Origin: Oscillospiraceae bacterium
GTDB taxonomy: Bacteria; Bacillota; Clostridia; Oscillospirales; CAG-272
Direction of reading: 5' to 3'
Assembly: GCA_015064685.1 (NCBI GenBank)
Contig: SVRT01000001.1
Location: 158,560-222,559, forward strand
Length of the DNA stretch: 64,000 nucleotides
The notes under the pieces are model-generated. The model ran no database searches, was not told the origin of the DNA, and was given only the letters and a program-made list of their open reading frames with translations. The position numbers were made by a program, and so were the translations under genes. This document shows positions 48,764-56,647 of the stretch, piece by piece (positions within the stretch are counted from its first letter, which is position 1; every line of letters begins with the position of its first letter).

Positions 48764-49375
48764 GTGGGATTTGTTGCACTTATGTACGTTGTCCAGATTA
48801 TTATTGAACTCATAATTTTGTATGGTTTATTTAAGCTTATCTGGTATGCGATCAAAATACTTAGGTTTAAGAGTATCATCAAAGAAATAGGAAAACGTCA
48901 GGGCATCAAGGTAGAGGCGAAAAGGAAGTTTTCCGAGAAGTTTTGGGGCAAAAAATTTGATGTTGATTACATAATAAGCGTCGGTGAAAAGAAATATGAA
49001 ATCACCGTTTTATCCTTTATTTCAACTCATGGACGATGGAATATCGAAAAAACAAGAACGAAATATTATGCGGAGAGCAGACGCGCGAGCGGTGTCTTCT
49101 TTGGAAAATATACAAACAGCAACGCACCCGATCATGTGTCTGAGTATAAGGGTGAGTGGAAGGTCAGAAGAAAAGAGCTTATTCTTTCACCTATCACAGA
49201 CGAATTTGAAAAGCAGATAATATTGATATATCCCAATACCAAAAGGGTAACGTACACCGATTCGCAGTATAATATAATCGATTATCACAGAATGGATAAA
49301 AGAAATATGATCGAAGGGCATCACGTCGTCGGTGTAAAAGAACTAATTGAGATCCTTGAAAAAGAAGATGAATAA
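48764..49375 (+). CDS. Hypothetical protein with N-terminal TM
   Basis: RBS GGAGGT before GTG; 203-aa ORF followed by terminator. Confidence 0.6.
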   Translation: MGFVALMYVVQIIIELIILYGLFKLIWYAIKILRFKSIIKEIGKRQGIKVEAKRKFSEKFWGKKFDVDYIISVGEKKYEITVLSFISTHGRWNIEKTRTKYYAESRRASGVFFGKYTNSNAPDHVSEYKGEWKVRRKELILSPITDEFEKQIILIYPNTKRVTYTDSQYNIIDYHRMDKRNMIEGHHVVGVKELIEILEKEDE

Positions 49376-49376
49376 T

Positions 49377-49414
49377 AAAAGGCTTTGCGCATTTTCGTTG
49401 CGCAAAGCTTTTTT
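49377..49414 (+). terminator. Rho-independent terminator
   Basis: AAAAGGCTTTGCGCA...TGCGCAAAGCTTTTTT. Confidence 0.8.
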
Positions 49415-49426
49415 GATCATAAATAA

Positions 49427-49853
49427 ACAAATTGCGGTTTAGCGGGGACGCGGGGGGGATGCGGGGGCGCGGGGAACGCGGGTCGCTTTTTGAAAAAAGC
49501 TCCGCAAAAACTTCCCCTATATTAGGTCCTTTTAGGGTGAAGTAGGATTTTTCGCCGCAAGCGGCTAAAAAAATCCCTCACTGACGTTTTTGTATTGATA
49601 GGGTGTTAAACCCAGCCGATAAAAAAACTTTAACCATAAAGAAAAACTAAGTTAAAGAAAGCCTTTCAAACGATTTTAAATACACTTGCAACACGATAGC
49701 AGTGGGGCTATGCAGATGCGACACGGTGTAGATTGATAAACCGTCTTGACTTGTATAAAATATACTTTGGGGTTTTGGGGGTGTGGGGGGCTTTTTTCCC
49801 TGGAAAAGCCCCCCACGCGCATCCCCCGTCCTCACCGATAAATCAAAATTGAA
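49427..49853. repeat. Non-coding inverted-repeat element 2 (MITE/REP-cluster-like)
   Basis: Termini AAATTGCGGTTTAGCGGGGACG..GGGGATGCG / CGCATCCCCCGTCCTCACCGATAAATCAAAATT; internal hairpins GCTTTTTgAAAAAAGC, GGATTTTT..AAAAATCC, GTGGGGGCTTTT..AAAAGCCCCCCAC. Confidence 0.75.
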
Positions 49854-49869
49854 ACACGAATAACAAAAA

Positions 49870-49903
49870 ACAAACACCTCAGCCGAGCGGCTGAGGTGTT
49901 TTG
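49870..49903 (-). terminator. Terminator after dac-like gene
   Basis: AAACACCTCAGCCG-ag-CGGCTGAGGTGTTT. Confidence 0.85.
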
Positions 49904-49911
49904 AGTCTACG

Positions 49912-51243
49912 TTAATATTTGTGTGTATATCCGCTCACGTTATGCGAGTGGCGTTTTTTTATTATGATCGCTATCGGGAGAGATATTGCCAGAAAAACGA
50001 GAGTTGCTATGAATGCTCGGCTCTTGGTATAGTCTCCAATCGCTGAGATAACTTTCATCACCGCATTTGCTTCGCAATCCTCGACAATGACGACGTCACA
50101 TTCACCGACAAGCTCGCCGTTGCAATAAACCGAGGCAACACCTATCTTGTCGCCTTTCTTTATTGGTGCGCGGAGCTTCTCGGAAATATATTCAACCTTG
50201 TAGGTAACGCTCGGACCCGAGTGATCGGGGATATAGACCGAAAGCTCCTCCGCGGTGGCATAATCCACCTTTTGAGTTCCCAGCGCAGTCATTGATATCT
50301 CAGCTTGACCGAGCACCTGTCCTTTGGAAAAGACTTTGTGGTCATTATATGTCTCACATACCCAGTTGACGAGCGTGTTTGCTGTGTCGTAGGCGAAAAT
50401 TTGCGTGCCGTCCTCGTTTTCGCTGCCACCAAGCACGATGCAGATATATTCCGCACCGTCATCCTGCGCAAGTGTAATTACGCTCCAGCCGCCCGCTTCC
50501 CCCGAAATACCCGCGTTCATACCGCGGCAGGCAGAGTTATAATAAGCCTGCGTGCTTCGTGAGGATATGAGATAATTTCTGTTATACACCGTTCTTGCAC
50601 CGCTTTTATTTGTCGCGCCGATATCGTGATGCTTTGCGGAGGATATCTCCATATAAAGATCATTGTCAGATGCCTCGAGTGCGATCTTGAGGGTATCGGC
50701 AACGGTCGTAACCATAGCCGCATTATCGGGATAGCCTATGGGATTTGTATAGCTCGTTGAAGTTGCGCCAAGTTTGTGTGCCTTTTCGTTCATGAGAGTC
50801 ACGAATTTGTCCGCATTGCCGCCGCAAATGCTTGCGATCACGTAAGCCGCATCGTTATATGAGCCACATATCGCGCCGTAGAGCAGATCCTTTATCCTTA
50901 TCTCCTCGCCGTCCTTAAGCCCCATCGAATACCCGCCCGCACCGGAGAGCATGTCTGAGGAAACGGTAACGGTCTCGTTGAGTCTGTCCGAGAGCATCTC
51001 GCAGGCGAGAAGTCCCATCGTAACCTTTGCGCTCGTTGAAGTGTTCAGAAGCTCGTCTTCGTTGCGGGACGTTATCAGCTTGTTGTGTGTCTTATCGTAC
51101 AGGCAATATGCGCCCGTATCGGTTATCACAGGCGGCGTGGGAGAATCTGCGGCATTTATCGGGAAAATAAAAAAAGAGGAGACGGTAATAAGTGTTAAAA
51201 CCGTAAGGCATAAAAGCCCTATCAATTTTCTCTTTGGTCTCAT
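49912..51243 (-). CDS. Peptidase S11 D-Ala-D-Ala carboxypeptidase homolog with degenerate active site
   Basis: Signal peptide, 'DLLYG...SYNDAA', 'FVTLMNEKA..LG...T.YTNP.G', C-terminal PBP5 domain 'APIKKGDKIG' and TM anchor. Confidence 0.85.
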   Translation of the reverse strand: MRPKRKLIGLLCLTVLTLITVSSFFIFPINAADSPTPPVITDTGAYCLYDKTHNKLITSRNEDELLNTSTSAKVTMGLLACEMLSDRLNETVTVSSDMLSGAGGYSMGLKDGEEIRIKDLLYGAICGSYNDAAYVIASICGGNADKFVTLMNEKAHKLGATSTSYTNPIGYPDNAAMVTTVADTLKIALEASDNDLYMEISSAKHHDIGATNKSGARTVYNRNYLISSRSTQAYYNSACRGMNAGISGEAGGWSVITLAQDDGAEYICIVLGGSENEDGTQIFAYDTANTLVNWVCETYNDHKVFSKGQVLGQAEISMTALGTQKVDYATAEELSVYIPDHSGPSVTYKVEYISEKLRAPIKKGDKIGVASVYCNGELVGECDVVIVEDCEANAVMKVISAIGDYTKSRAFIATLVFLAISLPIAIIIKKRHSHNVSGYTHKY

Positions 51244-51262
51244 TGCCGTTCTCCTTTTTGAT

Positions 51263-52231
51263 TTATACGTTATTGTTTTTAAAGAATTCTACCGTGCGGT
51301 CACGGTCGCGCTCGATCGCGCTTGTAAGCTCCTCAAGTGAGGAAAATTTTTTCTCCTCGCGCAGATACGCGCAGAACTCGACCTTCATTTTTCTGCCGTA
51401 AAGCTCGCCTGAAAAGTCGATGATATAGGTCTCGCAGTTCTTTTTGTGATCGTCGCCCGACTCAATGCTTGGGCGAATTCCCACGTTTGAAACACCCATA
51501 TAGCTGCTACCGTCATCAAAGCTGCATCGGGTCGCGTAAACGCCGTTTTTCATCGGCGCGAAATTCTCGGGAAAGAGCTGATTAGCGGTCGGGAAGCCGA
51601 GCCGTCTGCCAAGCTTTTTTCCTTCGGAAACCGGTACGCTTACAGATATCGGTCTTCCGAGCATTGCGTTTGCGATTTCGACCTCACCTTGCGCCAGATG
51701 CTTCCGTACCGCGCTCGACCCGACCGTCTCACCTGAAAGCTTGATCTCGGGAACCGTCACGGTGTTTTCTTTGCCAAGCTCCGCTTCAAGCAGAGCAGCA
51801 TCTCCAAGCCCCAAATATCCAAAGTGATGATCGTATCCGCAGACTGTGCCTACGCATCCAAGCCGAGTGACAAGGATACCGTTTATGAATTCCTTTGCCC
51901 CGATATGTCTCAGCTCTTCAAATCTTCCCATTACGACAAAGTCTGCGCCACAAGTGAAAAGAAGATCGATGCGCTCATCCTTGGTGGTAAGGACAGTTGG
52001 CAATATTCCGTTGATAATTGCCCCCGGGCTTTCCTCAAAGCACCAGACACCGACAAGCTCAGCGCCTATTTTTTCTTTAAGCCGGTTTGCCTCTTCGATC
52101 AGCCTTTTGTGGGCAATATGCACTCCGTCAAAGGTGCCGAGCGCGATCACAGTACGTGTCTTTGTGAGATCGTGATCGATCTTGCCGCGGAAGGTGACCT
52201 CGAGCTTGGGCTCTGTAATGTCAGTTTTCAT
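51263..52231 (-). CDS. ribF: Bifunctional riboflavin kinase/FAD synthetase
   Basis: 'LGTFDGVHIAH', 'GYDHHFG', 'GRRLGFPTAN', 'NVGIRPS', 'LREEKKF'. Confidence 0.95.
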   Translation of the reverse strand: MKTDITEPKLEVTFRGKIDHDLTKTRTVIALGTFDGVHIAHKRLIEEANRLKEKIGAELVGVWCFEESPGAIINGILPTVLTTKDERIDLLFTCGADFVVMGRFEELRHIGAKEFINGILVTRLGCVGTVCGYDHHFGYLGLGDAALLEAELGKENTVTVPEIKLSGETVGSSAVRKHLAQGEVEIANAMLGRPISVSVPVSEGKKLGRRLGFPTANQLFPENFAPMKNGVYATRCSFDDGSSYMGVSNVGIRPSIESGDDHKKNCETYIIDFSGELYGRKMKVEFCAYLREEKKFSSLEELTSAIERDRDRTVEFFKNNNV

Positions 52232-52550
52232 TGTCACTGTTATTTTCACCGTAAACAGACGAGAGATGCTCGATGTATGTCTTGACCATATCTTCGATAA
52301 GCTCGTCGCGGTCAACTCTGTTTATCATAGTGCGAGCGTTCTTGTAGTTCGAGATATGCGTAGGGTCGTCGGATTCGATATATCCCACAAGCTGAGAGAC
52401 GGGATTATATCCGCCCTCGGTGATGGTGCGGCAGATCTCATAGATCAGCGCTCTCGGATCTTCCTGTGTCTCCTCCGGAAGGATGGGGGCATCTGTCTCG
52501 GGGACGTTCTTTCCGATAATAATTTTCAGTCCGTTATTTTCAAGAATCAT
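52221..52550 (-). CDS. IreB/ReoM (DUF965) family regulatory protein, divergent
   Basis: 'GYNPVSQLVGYI..DDPTHISNYKNARTMINRVDRDELIEDMV'. Confidence 0.85.
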   Translation of the reverse strand: MILENNGLKIIIGKNVPETDAPILPEETQEDPRALIYEICRTITEGGYNPVSQLVGYIESDDPTHISNYKNARTMINRVDRDELIEDMVKTYIEHLSSVYGENNSDNEN

Positions 52551-52581
52551 GTAAAAAGTAGCCTTTCAATGTGTTGGGTTT

Positions 52582-53115
52582 TCATTGCTCCTCGGAGTCT
52601 GTGCCGAGAAGCTCCTCTCTGTCTGCGAGTCTTTTATACTGACCGAGCTTGCCGAATCCGATAATTATTCCGATATAAACGAGAGAATTGAGAAGGAAGA
52701 AAGGAATAAAGTCGAGCCTTGTGAGCGAGCTTGTCAATGCATTGCTGTTGAGATCAGAGCCGAAGCGAATAAGCGCAGTTATCGATCTTACTCCACCTGC
52801 GGAAAATGCCTCAAAGTTGAAGAGAAGCGCAAAAACGAGATGAAGCAGAGTAGCGATAGCGCCCGATATTAAAGTTTCGGGAATAGAAAAGTATGCGGTT
52901 TTATATCCCTCACGGTAGGAAATCACCGCAAGGAGTGCGTTAACACCCACAGTGTAGAGCAGTGCGCGTATCACCGTGAGCGAAAAATACTCGGTAACTA
53001 CGAAAAGATTGACTATCTTCACAGCGAGTATCTCCGCGCACATAACGATAACGCAGGATATCAGCATATACACAGCGTACACGAGTGAGCTTACGAGAAT
53101 ATCAATTTTTTTCAT
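52582..53115 (-). CDS. Hypothetical membrane protein (4 TM)
   Basis: Four hydrophobic segments; in same-strand run with about 30-bp gaps. Confidence 0.7.
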   Translation of the reverse strand: MKKIDILVSSLVYAVYMLISCVIVMCAEILAVKIVNLFVVTEYFSLTVIRALLYTVGVNALLAVISYREGYKTAYFSIPETLISGAIATLLHLVFALLFNFEAFSAGGVRSITALIRFGSDLNSNALTSSLTRLDFIPFFLLNSLVYIGIIIGFGKLGQYKRLADREELLGTDSEEQ

Positions 53116-53147
53116 TTTTTCAACAAATTTTCAGTTATGGTTGGTTT

Positions 53148-53954
53148 TCAGATTTTTTTACAGATGAGCTTAACACCGTTGATGCTCTGAATGATGACTG
53201 TTTCGCCCGATTGAGCTATTCCGTTCGCGTCCTTCATTCGCGCGCTCCATTCCTGACCGTTGATCTTTACGGTGCCTGTTTCCTCGCGGTTATTTATCGG
53301 TTCAACGACCTTGACACGTCTGCCGATGATAAGATCTGTGTCGGTTTTTCTGTTACCCTTCATTTTAGGAGCCTTCTGGTTGTAAAGAGCCTCGAGCTTA
53401 TCGTCAGCGTGCTTTTTTACAAGTGTTGCGTAATAGGCTACGATGATTATTTCAAGCGCGTTGGTAAGTCGCTCTCTCGCACCCTCTACGGTCTCCTCGT
53501 ACGTGTCCGTGACGTTCTCAATTGTATCTCTGATAGACCCGATGGTACATTCATCGTACGTAACGAGCATGTCAAGGATCTTGCAGATGTAATCGTAGAG
53601 AACCGAATCGGCAATAATGTCGTCGCGGCGGTCATCCACGCGACCGTTGATGTACTGAATCAGAAATGCAATGCGGTCGAGCTGCATGCAGGAGCGGAGC
53701 ATATTGATGATGAGAATATGCGCGACCTGATTTATGTTATATTTTTTGAGCTTGGAATTCTCGACCCATCCGCGCTTTGTCCAGTTCTGCAGAGTTGTGC
53801 CGTCGATACCCGAAATATCGCGTATCTGTGTGAGCATAACCCCGTCGGAAATAAAGAAGATTTTAGAGAGAAACTCAAGACCGGTAACACCGCCAAGCTC
53901 ACGGCGGAGCAGCTTTGTGCCGGGAATATATTCGTCCTGTATTCGCAGATTCAT
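53148..53954 (-). CDS. DUF1836 (MerR-like HTH) protein fused to C-terminal NfeD OB-fold domain
   Basis: N-terminal 'GIDGTTLQNWTKRGWV....KKYNINQVAHILIINMLR'; last 66 aa align without gaps to the NfeD at 46110-46310; RBS GAGGT. Confidence 0.85.
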   Translation of the reverse strand: MNLRIQDEYIPGTKLLRRELGGVTGLEFLSKIFFISDGVMLTQIRDISGIDGTTLQNWTKRGWVENSKLKKYNINQVAHILIINMLRSCMQLDRIAFLIQYINGRVDDRRDDIIADSVLYDYICKILDMLVTYDECTIGSIRDTIENVTDTYEETVEGARERLTNALEIIIVAYYATLVKKHADDKLEALYNQKAPKMKGNRKTDTDLIIGRRVKVVEPINNREETGTVKINGQEWSARMKDANGIAQSGETVIIQSINGVKLICKKI

Positions 53955-54002
53955 GTTATACCTCAAGTGATTTGTTATATATAGATAAACTTACGTAGTA
54001 TA

Positions 54003-54031
54003 ATTATATATCACGGTCGCGTGATTGTCAA
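54003..54031 (-). promoter_or_regulatory. Consensus sigma-A promoter of the DUF1836-NfeD operon with palindromic spacer
   Basis: Minus strand TTGACA-ATCACGCGACCGTGATA-TATAAT; ATCACG-N4-CGTGAT inverted repeat. Confidence 0.85.
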
Positions 54032-54114
54032 GCGCATTTGGAAAACTTAATAATAATTTCAAAAATATAAACATAAAATTAATTTATCAATAAAAAATTG
54101 AGGTAAATTAGCTT

Positions 54115-54786
54115 TTGAAGAGAATAAAAATTGGTGCCGGCGCACTTTTGATGCTCGGGTCGATGATAATATCAGACAGAGCAGAGATACTGATCTTGTA
54201 TTTTCTCTCCGCTTTTTTGCACGAATGCGGTCATCTTTTGGCGGCGGTATTGCTCGGGATCGGAGTGAAAGAGATACGTTTTGAGTTTTCGGGAATACGA
54301 ATATGTACCGATGAGGGATTAACGTCATATAAAAGTGAGATACTGCTTGCCGCCGCAGGACCATTTGTTAACTTTATTTGTCTTGGAATGTGTATGGTCG
54401 CCTTTCTTTTGAGCGGCAGGACGTACGGAGAGGTAACGGCACTTGCCGAAGCCTTTATCTCGGGCAGAGAATACTCAAGTGTGGGCGCTGTGAGCTTTTT
54501 TGCCGTATCTGCGTTTCTGCAGGGCGGACTTAATCTTTTGCCTGTAAGGAGCTTTGACGGCGGACGGATACTGTATTGTTGTGTGGCATTATTGCTAGGA
54601 GAAAGAGTGGCTGAAAGGGTAATAGACGTCTTATCCGCATTCTCTGCGCTTGTTTTGTGGACCGTTGCGCTTTATCTTCTTTTGAAGGTCGGTTCAGGAC
54701 TTGGAATATACGTTTTTGCCGCGTGTATTGCCTTTTCGGTAACGAGGGAGACGGTAAATGAAAAAGAAAGCGCGGTCATTTCATAA
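54115..54786 (+). CDS. Site-2 protease, M50 family (SpoIVFB-like)
   Basis: 'HECGH', 'AAAGPFVN', 'NLLPVRSFDGGRIL'; TTG start after GAGGT. Confidence 0.85.
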   Translation: MKRIKIGAGALLMLGSMIISDRAEILILYFLSAFLHECGHLLAAVLLGIGVKEIRFEFSGIRICTDEGLTSYKSEILLAAAGPFVNFICLGMCMVAFLLSGRTYGEVTALAEAFISGREYSSVGAVSFFAVSAFLQGGLNLLPVRSFDGGRILYCCVALLLGERVAERVIDVLSAFSALVLWTVALYLLLKVGSGLGIYVFAACIAFSVTRETVNEKESAVIS

Positions 54787-54801
54787 AAATGACCGCGCTT
54801 T
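54767..54801. terminator. Bidirectional terminator hairpin
   Basis: AAAGCGCGGTCATT...AATGACCGCGCTTT between convergent genes. Confidence 0.75.
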
Positions 54802-54828
54802 GCGATATTTGAATGTGTTTTAGATAAT

Positions 54829-55494
54829 TCATCCGTATTTTTTTACGTCGTCGAACTTGTTTTCGGTCTCGACGTAGGAGTTTCTCTGCTCGAGGAGCCA
54901 TTTCCACATTTCGGGGTTGGCGAATGTCGGATCCCAGGCGTTGTGTCCGGTATTTTCGAAGATCGTGAGCCTTGCCTTTTTACCGCCCCAAGCCACTATG
55001 TTATTGATGAATTTTTTGCTTTCCTCAGGGAATACTGTCGGGTCGCTGTCACCGTGAAATGCCCAGACAGCGGTGTTCACGAGTCTGCCCGAGTTCCAAT
55101 ACATTCCGCCGCCGCAAATAGGTACTATTGCTGCGAAAAGCTCGGGGCGAGTCATTCCCATCTGCCATGTGGCGTAGCCTCCCATGCTTGCGCCCGTAAG
55201 ATAGACACGCTCGCGGTCAACCGCCTGATCGGAAATTACAAATTCGATAAAATCCTGAAGCTGTTCAAAAATATCAAACCAGGAGTCGGCGTAGCATTGC
55301 GGACCCGTCGAAAATGCCTCCTTGAGAAAGGGTGCAGAATGGGCGAAAAAAGAATGATTTTTAATAAGAGAAATATCTCTGCCTCTGCCGCCAGCACCGT
55401 GAAGGTAGATGACGAGAGGGTATTTTTTTCCCTCGGTCTCGTTTTCGGGACGACGGATAACGTAATCTATTTCCTTGTATCTTAATGCTTCCAT
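54829..55494 (-). CDS. Alpha/beta hydrolase (COG4099-like esterase/peptidase)
   Basis: 'YPLVIYLHGAG', 'TGASMGGYATW', 'FAAIVPICGG', 'WAFHGDSD', 'GHNAW'. Confidence 0.88.
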   Translation of the reverse strand: MEALRYKEIDYVIRRPENETEGKKYPLVIYLHGAGGRGRDISLIKNHSFFAHSAPFLKEAFSTGPQCYADSWFDIFEQLQDFIEFVISDQAVDRERVYLTGASMGGYATWQMGMTRPELFAAIVPICGGGMYWNSGRLVNTAVWAFHGDSDPTVFPEESKKFINNIVAWGGKKARLTIFENTGHNAWDPTFANPEMWKWLLEQRNSYVETENKFDDVKKYG

Positions 55495-55560
55495 AATTGC
55501 CTCCAATAGGGATTTTAGTTTATTTTATCACCGTTTGTGTAGAGTGTCAACAGAGTTTTA

Positions 55561-55591
55561 AAAAAACGACCTCGATCGAGGTCGTTTTTTT
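55561..55591 (-). terminator. Terminator hairpin
   Basis: AAAAAACGACCTCGATCGAGGTCGTTTTTT. Confidence 0.8.
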
Positions 55592-55598
55592 AGCGTTT

Positions 55599-56636
55599 TT
55601 ATTTCGAAAATTGCTTTTCAAGATAATCGATATAGTAATTCCAATCTTCGCGGCTGAGGAAGTGAAGTCCCGGGCGCATATGATGTCCGATCATACCCTC
55701 GTGGAGAGGGTTGCGCAGCTTAGGTGTATCTCCGTCAGGGATAAAGCCGGTTTTACCGTTTTCCTCGTAGTATTTGCTTGCGGCAACGCAGGAGAGATAT
55801 TCGTTCTGGGGGCAAGCCCAGGTGTCGCCCTCGGCACTTGCGACGTAAGCTCTGTGAGGGAGATTTGCCGATATGAGCCAATGCTGGTCAAAGGGCATAT
55901 TTTCCTCGTTATCGATATATTTTTGATAGTTTTCACAGAACCAGAACGGGAAATTTTTAGTTATAGCGCGTACCGTTTCGCCTGTGTTTTCACGAGCCAA
56001 TGCTGCGCCGCCGCATCCCGAATCGTTCGAGAATGCGCAATAAAATCTCTCGTCGATAGCACCCGCCAGGAGTGCGGTCTTACCGAGTCGTGAGTGACCG
56101 ACTACGCTTATTTTGTCCGCATCTATTTCGGGAAGCGTCACGGCGTAATCAAGCAAAGCCGAGGCAGCGTAAGCCCAGAGACCGAGCTTTCCGCACGAAT
56201 CGGGGGAGCGTTTGCCGCCCGGATAGACGAGTCCCGCAAGTCCGTTTGTAAAATCAGAGTTGTCGGACGTGACGTTCTCGTAGCAGAAGGTGAAGAGGGC
56301 ATATCCGCGGTCGAGTATCTCCTCGGCGGGCTGATAGCGGTCCGAAATACCGTCGCGGAAATTGATATGAATAAATGCGGGGACCTTTTTGCCTGTATTG
56401 AGAGGATAAACGTAGTAGAAGGGGAATGTGAATTCACCGAATTCCGCGTGGATCGTCAAAGAGAGTCGTGCAAGGTATCCCTTGCCTGCGAAATGATGTA
56501 TTCCGGGGTTTTCCACCTTGACGGTCACCGAGTCGGGCTTTTTTGGGAGATAACCGTATTCCTCGCGGAATAAGAGATCGAGGATCTCCTCCTTTGATAG
56601 CCCCGTGGGATAGGGAAGTCTGTTCAAAAGTTCCAT
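55599..56636 (-). CDS. CE15 glucuronoyl-esterase-like hydrolase
   Basis: 'VVGHSRLGKTAL', 'SNDSGCGGAAL', 'FPFWF', 'PFDQH', 'RPGLH'. Confidence 0.82.
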   Translation of the reverse strand: MELLNRLPYPTGLSKEEILDLLFREEYGYLPKKPDSVTVKVENPGIHHFAGKGYLARLSLTIHAEFGEFTFPFYYVYPLNTGKKVPAFIHINFRDGISDRYQPAEEILDRGYALFTFCYENVTSDNSDFTNGLAGLVYPGGKRSPDSCGKLGLWAYAASALLDYAVTLPEIDADKISVVGHSRLGKTALLAGAIDERFYCAFSNDSGCGGAALARENTGETVRAITKNFPFWFCENYQKYIDNEENMPFDQHWLISANLPHRAYVASAEGDTWACPQNEYLSCVAASKYYEENGKTGFIPDGDTPKLRNPLHEGMIGHHMRPGLHFLSREDWNYYIDYLEKQFSK

Positions 56637-56647
56637 GATATTACTCC

